Part shown: positions 27,966-35,206 of the stretch, in pieces
Position numbering within the stretch: position 1 is the first letter of the stretch
Layout: every line of letters begins with the position of its first letter
Position numbers and translations under genes: made by a program
Source of the DNA: Oopsacas minuta
Taxonomy: Eukaryota > Animalia > Porifera
Assembly: GCA_024704765.1 (NCBI GenBank)
Contig: JAKMXF010000341.1
Location: forward strand, 186,704 to 221,909
Direction of reading: 5' to 3'
Length of the DNA: 35,206 nt
The notes under the pieces: generated by a model
What the model was told of the DNA's origin: nothing
Databases searched by the model: none
The model's input: the letters and a program-made list of their open reading frames with translations, nothing else

Positions 27966-30914
27966 ATGGAAGGATTCCCTGCACCAACAGAAGGCCACAC
28001 ACCTCTAACTTCAAGTCTACACTCTCTATCTGATGGAAATCTCCTCTCTGAGCTGGACTCTTTGGGCGAGGTTGACGGTACTGTATTTGAGATAAATGAT
28101 TTTACAACAGTCACTCCTTGGGAAGTGTTTATTTCCGCATTAGACGCTACTCTACAGGAATGGAGCAAAATGAATGTAACTCAAAACACGAGTATAACAG
28201 GTACATTTCTATCTACCACTATATCTTATAACGAAGTTATGTTCTCTCTATCATTCTACATGCATGGAGACCATCAAAGTCATACTCTCATTCCTCTCTG
28301 CTCCTATCCTCACGAGATGATGTCAGAGGATCCAGCTGGAGATTTCCCTATGCGTGCACACCCTGTCACCCGCTGGTACGGAGTCAAGAACTTTGCCCTC
28401 TTAGCCCCACACGATCCGAGACACCAGCAAACCTGGACCCTGTCTCAAACCAGGTTCCTATTCAGCTCTCTTCTCCCAGCGATGGACGCCTCTCACTACC
28501 AACTGCCTATCTTCTTTCGGTCTCAGGAGGGGGACAGACAGATGTATGTAGGGGTAGGGCACTACGATCACAGACGGACATGGTTTGAGATGGTACACAT
28601 CCGTCAGGTGCCGCCTAACCTCCAATACTTATCTGGTTTAGTAGAGCTCCTTAAAGGCAAGCTATCTCCCACCCCCTCTCTCCCTAGTCTCAAGATGCAA
28701 GTCTCAGTTAAGAATACCTACCGGGGAGATTGTACCTCTCTCATGCGATTCTTCCCTTGTTCCCACCCCTCCCCCTCCAAATGGGACCGTCTGCCCTATG
28801 GGTCTAAGACTTCTCCCATCTCTACTCTAACACTCAGTGTCTGCTGGCCTACACAGGATGAATCTCTTATCAGAGATAACCAGTCATTCTCTGATCTTAA
28901 CCCTCTAGAAGCTAATCGATGGTTTGTCTCATGCTCCGCTCCTGGAGACAATGAGTGCTACCTATCCAGCTCTCTAGAAACATTCTCCACACTTTTCAAG
29001 CACACAGACTCCATCTCCTCTCTCCTGGACAAGTTGGTACCCGGTGCCTACCTTCAAGCTAGTGAGGAACAAGCCAGATTTAAGAACGCTCTCAAACACG
29101 TGACAGGTAGAACCGAGCCTCGTCCTCGTTCCCTCAAAGACACAGACACACCTCTCAAACTAGGCATGCTCCAGCACATGATGAACTACCTCTTTAATCG
29201 TTCAGTCTCCCCTCCTTTTCCATCCAAGTCCTGTAAGTACAAGACATCTCCTCCTGGTAGTCTAACAGAGCGGATATGTATATGTGCTAGTGCTGTAGTG
29301 TTTAGTCACGGGGGACTATCGGGACTACTGCAGCTCTGGCATGACGTCATATCTGAACTTCGTCGTGCCTGGGAGAACGGAGAAGAGCTACCGGATATAG
29401 ACGGGGAGATACCAGATTTCCAATTTGGCCTATTACATCAAAAGCTACAAATGCTACAGTGCTGTATCCGACATAAGACACTAGCCTCATCTCCCAGACA
29501 ATCTCTCACTTCAGATGTCAGGTTTGATAAGGAGGAGGGTACGGTACATATAGGATCCCCCGCTACGTCAGATTCAGATGAATTCTTTGAAGCTAGTGAC
29601 GGTTTGAGTTCCCGGGAACTGGATTCTGAGGGGGACGATGTATCAGTTAGCATGTACCAGAGCTGTTCCTCTCTAGAGGGGACTGGGAGACTCAAAGATT
29701 CCGGTATGATCCTGATGCTGACTGGTGATCCTATGTACATCCCTGTCACACAGGAGCAGGCCCCTCTAACAGAAGATGCCCTCCTAGAGCAGACTAACAT
29801 CTTGAGTCAGCTGGGATGCTCACAGGAAGCTTCTCTCCTTAGAGCATCAATGCAGAGTATGACTCTACGCTCTGATATGTCTGCTTTCAAGGCTGCCAAC
29901 CCGGGGTGTGTCCTGGAGGATTTTATCAGATGGTACTCCCCTAGAGACTTCATTCCTGTAGAGAGTATGTTCTCTTCAATGGACCTGCAATCTCCTATGG
30001 ATTCAAATTCTACCCCCTCTACCAACTTTGAGTCTGTTTTCAGCAGTTTAGACACTCCCACTAATGAGCACCCTATGATATGTAGAGATACTACTAGTTA
30101 CGTGCAAGGTAAGCTCAGTACTCGTATCAGAGGTAGTGACAGTACTTGGCTACAGGCATGGAAGGATGCAGAGTCTGTACCCTCTAGCAGACAGAAACGA
30201 TTATTTGATGATACCAAAGAAGCGGAGAAGATACTCCAGTTCTTCTCCACACTCAGTCCCAGTCAGCTAGCTTGTCTCATCTTCCCTAATCTCCTCCAAG
30301 TAGCTCTTAACCATTTCTCATCTCTACCTGTTGCATGTGACAGACGGTGTAGTGAGCACTTAGGAGAGCTGGAGGCTAAACTGGAAGAGGTAGAACAACT
30401 GAAGAATAATTACTCAGATTTATCAGTCAAATTCTGTACAGATTGTCTCCCATTACTAGCTCGTATTGACGCACACTTCTGCTCTGTACAGGCTATATAC
30501 CATTACCTCATGCATGGATACCATGTGTTCAATGATCTGGAAATGCGTACTCACTTCCAAGACGTGAGTGCTGAGCTATTAGGCTTAGCTGCCCGTCTAC
30601 AGAAGACAACCTCTGAGGGCATACAGATTGAGGGTGCAGCTAACTCTGTACAGGGGCAGGCAGTACGTGGCGTGTTTAAATCAATTCTCTCCAGTCATAG
30701 TCCTTTCAAACGGAAAATGGGATTAGATGGAGGTGGGATACATTCTTCTCAACCCTCATTCGGGAAACCTGTTTTCAGAGAATATGTGTTACGGACAATA
30801 TGTCCCAATCCACAAGGTTACTCTACTACATGTCATCACAGACTGTATGCTGGATTGTCACAAGATGAGACTCGTATAGCTACAGCTATTTCAGAAGATC
30901 TGAGACTCTTCTGA
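27966..30914 (+). CDS. RAB3GAP1: Rab3 GTPase-activating protein catalytic subunit, ~982 aa, single exon
   Basis: VFEINDFTTVTPWE.FIS, DFPMRAH..RWYG, YIPVTQE.AP.TED, SDMSAFKAANPGCVLEDFIRWYSPRD, LSTR (catalytic Arg position, codon 30123-30125), RLFDDTKEAEK. First ATG at 27966; the track starts at a TTG at 27954. Confidence 0.95.
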   Translation: MEGFPAPTEGHTPLTSSLHSLSDGNLLSELDSLGEVDGTVFEINDFTTVTPWEVFISALDATLQEWSKMNVTQNTSITGTFLSTTISYNEVMFSLSFYMHGDHQSHTLIPLCSYPHEMMSEDPAGDFPMRAHPVTRWYGVKNFALLAPHDPRHQQTWTLSQTRFLFSSLLPAMDASHYQLPIFFRSQEGDRQMYVGVGHYDHRRTWFEMVHIRQVPPNLQYLSGLVELLKGKLSPTPSLPSLKMQVSVKNTYRGDCTSLMRFFPCSHPSPSKWDRLPYGSKTSPISTLTLSVCWPTQDESLIRDNQSFSDLNPLEANRWFVSCSAPGDNECYLSSSLETFSTLFKHTDSISSLLDKLVPGAYLQASEEQARFKNALKHVTGRTEPRPRSLKDTDTPLKLGMLQHMMNYLFNRSVSPPFPSKSCKYKTSPPGSLTERICICASAVVFSHGGLSGLLQLWHDVISELRRAWENGEELPDIDGEIPDFQFGLLHQKLQMLQCCIRHKTLASSPRQSLTSDVRFDKEEGTVHIGSPATSDSDEFFEASDGLSSRELDSEGDDVSVSMYQSCSSLEGTGRLKDSGMILMLTGDPMYIPVTQEQAPLTEDALLEQTNILSQLGCSQEASLLRASMQSMTLRSDMSAFKAANPGCVLEDFIRWYSPRDFIPVESMFSSMDLQSPMDSNSTPSTNFESVFSSLDTPTNEHPMICRDTTSYVQGKLSTRIRGSDSTWLQAWKDAESVPSSRQKRLFDDTKEAEKILQFFSTLSPSQLACLIFPNLLQVALNHFSSLPVACDRRCSEHLGELEAKLEEVEQLKNNYSDLSVKFCTDCLPLLARIDAHFCSVQAIYHYLMHGYHVFNDLEMRTHFQDVSAELLGLAARLQKTTSEGIQIEGAANSVQGQAVRGVFKSILSSHSPFKRKMGLDGGGIHSSQPSFGKPVFREYVLRTICPNPQGYSTTCHHRLYAGLSQDETRIATAISEDLRLF

Positions 30915-31181
30915 TCTATCTTGAGAAAATCTATTGTATTAATTCAGTTTAATGTATTATTTGTGTAAATGTTTGTTACTCCAATATAATTTTACACTGA
31001 TACATATATATTGATAATCTTATTATTGTTGCCCTCAAGATACTTATCGCGGATCTGATATATAGCAGTACTGCATGTATATCCTCTCGGATGGATTCGT
31101 AACTAAGTGTTATATGAGAAAGGCTTAAATTAGAATATTTTTAACTCTTGCAACTTAATTAGCATTATTAGTGGTCATAAC

Positions 31182-31595
31182 ATGTCATTATTGTTACGAT
31201 TACTCATAAGAATATTTCCTATGGAGCTCTCAATCATAGCTCCTTCTCTTGCTGCAGATCCAACTAACACACTATCTCCTCCAGGAATTATCTGGGCGTA
31301 TGCTCCCAAACAGAAATCATTGAAAAGCCGCACTAAGCGACGAGAGCTTAGATATATTATTCCCCTGAAGACAGGGATCACAGGATGTCCTACTTGTGGG
31401 CACCCAATCATGTTTCCTAAACTCTGTGCTAACTGTTTAAGAGTGGTATTATCCTGTGAATGGGATTATAGACAGAAACATTACACTAAAGATAGGTTAG
31501 CGATATGGAAGGAGAGGTGGGAAGCAATGAAAGATGAATGGATTCCTTTAGCTATAGAAGAGCCTAAGGCGCCTCCAGTAAAAGATTCTAGTTGA
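31182..31595 (+). CDS. MRPL32: Mitochondrial ribosomal protein bL32m, 137 aa
   Basis: IIWAYAPKQKS...CPTCGH....KLCANC: APK start of the mature domain plus a CxxC-CxxC zinc site. Confidence 0.85.
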   Translation: MSLLLRLLIRIFPMELSIIAPSLAADPTNTLSPPGIIWAYAPKQKSLKSRTKRRELRYIIPLKTGITGCPTCGHPIMFPKLCANCLRVVLSCEWDYRQKHYTKDRLAIWKERWEAMKDEWIPLAIEEPKAPPVKDSS

Positions 31596-32228
31596 ATTAT
31601 TTCACTTATAATTTATCTTATTTCGAATCAATTAAACAGATATAAAATTCAGTCAGGGGTTGCTTTCTTTCATGGTTAGTTAGTAGTTAAAGTTTCCAAT
31701 TAAATACGTAAATATAATTATTATTAAATGGACTAGCAGCATCATGACTGCATACTGGACCATACATGATTTTTCTTAGATTGTCCGACTGGATCAGTCG
31801 AACCCTCATAAGAAATCAGGTAAAATATTAACGGTATTGAAAAGTTCACTCAGAGACGACTACCCCAATGAATAAGCTCTATGAACAAAATCTCACTGGC
31901 CACTTTGTGCAGTTACCAGCTTACAACCCTTTATAGGAGCTGCACTAAATATTTTTAATTAAGAATACAGGGCCTGAAATCACAATCATTCGTCAATCTG
32001 ATTTCATGATATCTCAAAAAATGTTTATTCACTGATTCTAGAGCTGTAATACTATCCTAAACCAACATGCAAGTGTGCAATAACGAAGTGTGTATTTGCA
32101 TAGATTCTAGAATCTAGATTGATTGTATTATAAATATTTTCATAGACCTTTCTAACGAGCAACCTAGGTTGCTGGATAGAAAATCCATTTTCCATATATT
32201 CCTTAGAAAATATTTCTATATTTTAGAA

Positions 32229-33403
32229 ATGATCCAGTCAGTCATTTATAAGTATAATTGTATTGGATGATTAACTCCAGTTCAAATTATGAGAGAGTGT
32301 TGGACAGTTTAATCGATGTTGATGATACAACTTATTACATCGGTCAGGTGTTAGGACTAATGTACACTCTACTATGCATCTCGTGGTTAGTTTATGTCTT
32401 GAGTAGCATATACTCACAGATACGGAATACAAAGAGACTTGTAGCTTTGATGGATTCAGATAGTAGCAATGATTATACGGATCGCCTCTTTATGCAAAAC
32501 GAAAACCTATTTCGGTATTTTATATTTCTCATATTTCTATGTTCTGAGCTGACGACAGTTCATTTATAAATATATACGGAGTCATGTTATATCCAATCCA
32601 TAAGGTGAGTGTTATCTCAAATGATCCAAACTGTACAGCATATACTAACTCATTTATCGGGATTTTCTATAAAAACAAGCCCTCTACTATTCTTCAGTAA
32701 GTCCTTTCGGTCTTTGGTTGTTTTCCATTTTCCATGATGATTTGGTTATTCTGTGCATCTCTTCTCCATTTGAGTTTTGCTGCTAGAAATGAACTGAAAG
32801 TGAGAACAATTATTCGATTCATCATGTTAGGAGTGGTGATCTATTTGATCATGATAATATCCCAGTTTATCCCATACATTAGCATATTTGTTTCTATCGC
32901 CCAAAGTTTCATGGGTCAAATAAGCCTCTTTATTGTGTTCTATATTTCTAAGAATAAATTCTTTCCTGCCATGAATAGTCGTGTTATAGATGCGTACCAT
33001 TTCCATAATCTTAATGTATATATGCAACAGAGAGATTGTTGAAACAATATAAAGTACTTGTTTGTGTATTCTTATTTATTTTAGAATTATATATCTTGAA
33101 GAATATTATATTATTCATTTGTATACAATATTCCAATCGATTTACTACAGTCCTTGCTGGTATTATACATCTTATCACATCTTTAATTTCAGAATACCTG
33201 AAGATACCACACGGATTGTTCTCGGTGAAATCAGCTATTACCTTTTGGTATTTGATCACTTTATTAATCTAGTTGTGTATTTTAATTTGATTGTGATTAA
33301 TTTGAACATTTTGTATGTCACTGTTCGGAGAAGTCTGAAGATATGGTTATATAGCAATAGAAGATATCGTTATAAAGTGTGTTCTGATCCTTTGTTGTCG
33401 TGA
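32229..33403 (+). pseudogene. Disrupted 7-transmembrane membrane protein gene (~380 aa if repaired)
   Basis: Four ORF-track fragments join with frameshifts near 32560, 33038 and 33118, one in-frame TAA (32698-32700) and possibly another shift near 32255. The repaired product has seven hydrophobic segments. Confidence 0.75.
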
Positions 33404-33469
33404 TCAAGAGTAGTTCGATTATATATGTATAATTACACGTTTGAATGTTCATATTTGTGGTGACATAAT

Positions 33470-33506
33470 TACTGGCCCGACTGTAGTATAGTATAGTGGG
33501 CCAGTA
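33470..33506. mobile_element. Collapsed MITE / inverted repeat
   Basis: TACTGGCCCGACTGTA ... TATAGTGGGCCAGTA: 9-bp perfect outer inverted repeat, with TA at both ends. Confidence 0.5.
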
Positions 33507-33761
33507 TATTCTCATGAACTGTAATCATTATAATTTCATATACACCAAAGTATTGAATGATGATTGTTAGTTCGTTACATGGACATTCCTAATTCTCTCA
33601 CTAGTATATGTTAGCGCTTTGTAGTTTTGTAAGAACACATATGTAATTATTATCTCTAATAGTGTGGGATAAGCTATTATAACGTCCACATGACATGATA
33701 TAGAAAGTGATACAGTGCATATTTATCTAGTATTGTGTACGGACCACTAAATCATAGGACG

Positions 33762-33923
33762 GTAGACTCCGCTTAAAAGGGTCACATCGGGACGAGGCTA
33801 TTTAGACCCGATTAAGCGGAAAAAGGTGTTAGCACGATTAATCGAAGTAATTTAGCATTATTTGTATAGTTCTGTTTCTGGCCAAGAGACCCGATTAACT
33901 GTGGCTCTATGAGCGGAGTCTAC
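33762..33923. mobile_element. 162-bp MITE-like element
   Basis: Perfect 12-bp inverted repeats GTAGACTCCGCT / AGCGGAGTCTAC. Internal direct repeat AGACCCGATTAA at 33804 and 33887. TSD not resolved. Confidence 0.6.
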
Positions 33924-33962
33924 TATATATCGAAGTTTTAATTTAACAATAACACCTGTCTT

Positions 33963-34685
33963 TTACGACCACTCGGCGTTGTGAAGAATATTGTAATAAA
34001 TAACAGGTGATCGCTGATTTGATACTATGGTATAACGTATATTATCCATATAGTAACTACAGTATACCAGAAACCCATTTGAAATTAAGTGCAACAGAGT
34101 AAGATTGTAGTATACTAGCCCACTAACTACACTGCTATCCAGACATAACACGCCTCCAAACCCGGTGTCACTATTCAATCCTTTTAATACTCCTGTTATC
34201 AAGATTCTTAAACTCTTCAATTCAGTAAAAGATGGAGAGAAGGAAAATTGAAATCTAGCAATCATAATAGCTGTTGAGATATTCTCGAAATATTGGAAGA
34301 ATGTTAATTTTTCAGTACCATCTATATCCTGTTGGTTCTGTAGTTTTATTGTACCTCCACCAGCTAATGTTAATGCAGTCATGTTAACTGGTACAGACTC
34401 AATATCTAGCATTACTATAGAGTTTTCCAGTACAATTATCCACAACTGTACTAAGCTGTAGGTTATGTTAGTCAGGTCTATGGTTAATATCAACTCGTCC
34501 CTCTGGCTACAATTCTATAATGATTCTTGCATAAGTCCTGTATTATTGATGATGGTACATCGAGATACTAAGTTCGTAATTGTACAATTTACATCTTGGT
34601 TAGCTATACAGCTTCCATTTCCTGCATGCACAATTTAGTAAATTAGCAGTGATGATAATAACAGAAAAACTTTGTTGCTGCTCAT
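33963..34685 (-). pseudogene. Pseudogene of a secreted or surface protein, possibly LRR-type
   Basis: The track ORF extends in frame to an ATG at 34685 through two stops (TAA 34637-34635, TAG 34517-34515): MSSNKVFLLLSSLLIY*IVHAGNGSC..C..C..*NCS. It has a signal peptide, a Cys-rich cap, many N-x-S/T sequons and LRR-like spacing (FTELKSLRILI). Confidence 0.6.
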
Positions 34686-35123
34686 TTTATTAAAGTAGCT
34701 AGCTAGTGCAATACTCCAGCTATTAAACAGTTAGTTTTGATTGTGGGATTACGTAGCTTCGTACGACTATATTTTAATTTGTATTTAGTTTGTCTTCTTA
34801 GAGATATTACGAACTTTCAACATTGATTAATTTTTAAGTGAACTTTCAAAGAATATTATCTAATTAACGATTTGTGTTGATATGTCCTCAGGGAATATAT
34901 TATTTGGATCTTTCCGTAATTATTTCTCTGTTATCAGATTCTAATTACACAATTGCACAAATATATTTAAGAATTTGATTTGTTTTACAGATTTACAAAT
35001 CAAATTTATAAAAGAATTATGATTGTTACACTAATGTAATGGTGGAATTTGTCAAAATACTTCAGCTTTGTTTATTCATTATAATTCTGTAATTTATGAA
35101 AGTTTTATGAAATTTTTGTTTAA

Positions 35124-35206
35124 CTGTCATGTGTAGTCATTAATTTGTTATCTGTCATGTGTAGTCATTAATTTGTTATCTGTCATGTGTAGTCATTAAT
35201 TTGTTA
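35124..35206. repeat. 28-bp minisatellite, 3 copies, runs off the window end
   Basis: CTGTCATGTGTAGTCATTAATTTGTTAT at 35124, 35152 and 35180 (last copy cut at 27 nt), all identical. Confidence 0.95.

Noticed and set aside
3752-30061. Short minus-strand or alternate-frame ORFs inside real genes (3752, 12894, 14001, 14476, 14561, 15482, 17386, 17856, 18784, 20513-22363, 26987, 27941, 29438, 29807)
   Set aside because: Shadow frames of long CDSs. The Ser/Leu-rich antisense ORFs are expected opposite Glu/Lys/Arg-rich coiled coils.
1823-31595. Giant-virus, cDNA or processed-pseudogene origin for the intronless genes
   Set aside because: No viral core genes or poly(A) tracts. ORFs are intact and separated by MITE-containing animal-type intergenic DNA.
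15296-31595. Two mitoribosomal genes as a functional cluster
   Set aside because: They are 15 kb apart with unrelated genes between them, which is compatible with chance in a gene-dense genome.
32698-34637. In-frame TAA/TAG as evidence of a reassigned genetic code
   Set aside because: Intact genes here end normally in TAA (e.g. CDC27, MRPL40) and TAG (MYO18), and the 7TM gene also has frameshifts. Pseudogenisation explains the stops.
35124-35206. 28-bp repeats as a CRISPR array
   Set aside because: Units are directly adjacent with no spacers, there are no cas genes, and the context is eukaryotic.

Overview
AT-rich animal genomic DNA (not prokaryotic) in which every recognisable gene is a single uninterrupted ORF. 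This and the gene content suggest an intron-poor early-branching animal, most plausibly a glass sponge (Hexactinellida); that assignment is inference only. In order on the + strand: the 3' end of an OTU-like protease; a complete Eph receptor tyrosine kinase; a recent tandem duplicate of its promoter and ectodomain that has a different transmembrane helix and no kinase or SAM domain; CDC27; MRPL40; a 6.4 kb intronless PDZ-myosin-18; a coiled-coil protein (tentatively CCDC14-like); RAB3GAP1; MRPL32; and a frameshifted 7-transmembrane pseudogene. A secreted-protein pseudogene lies on the - strand, and the window ends in a 28-bp minisatellite. Intergenic DNA holds many small DNA-transposon relics (hAT and Tc1/mariner-type MITEs, foldback hairpins). 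Best candidate for an undescribed system: the full-length Eph plus kinase-less Eph pair. Their ligand-binding domains differ almost only by amino-acid-changing substitutions, while the Cys-rich region is identical over 284 bp. Secondary candidates: the non-canonical 7TM family and possible splice acceptors just upstream of start codons in closely spaced co-oriented genes. All alignments and counts were done by eye; no searches were run.
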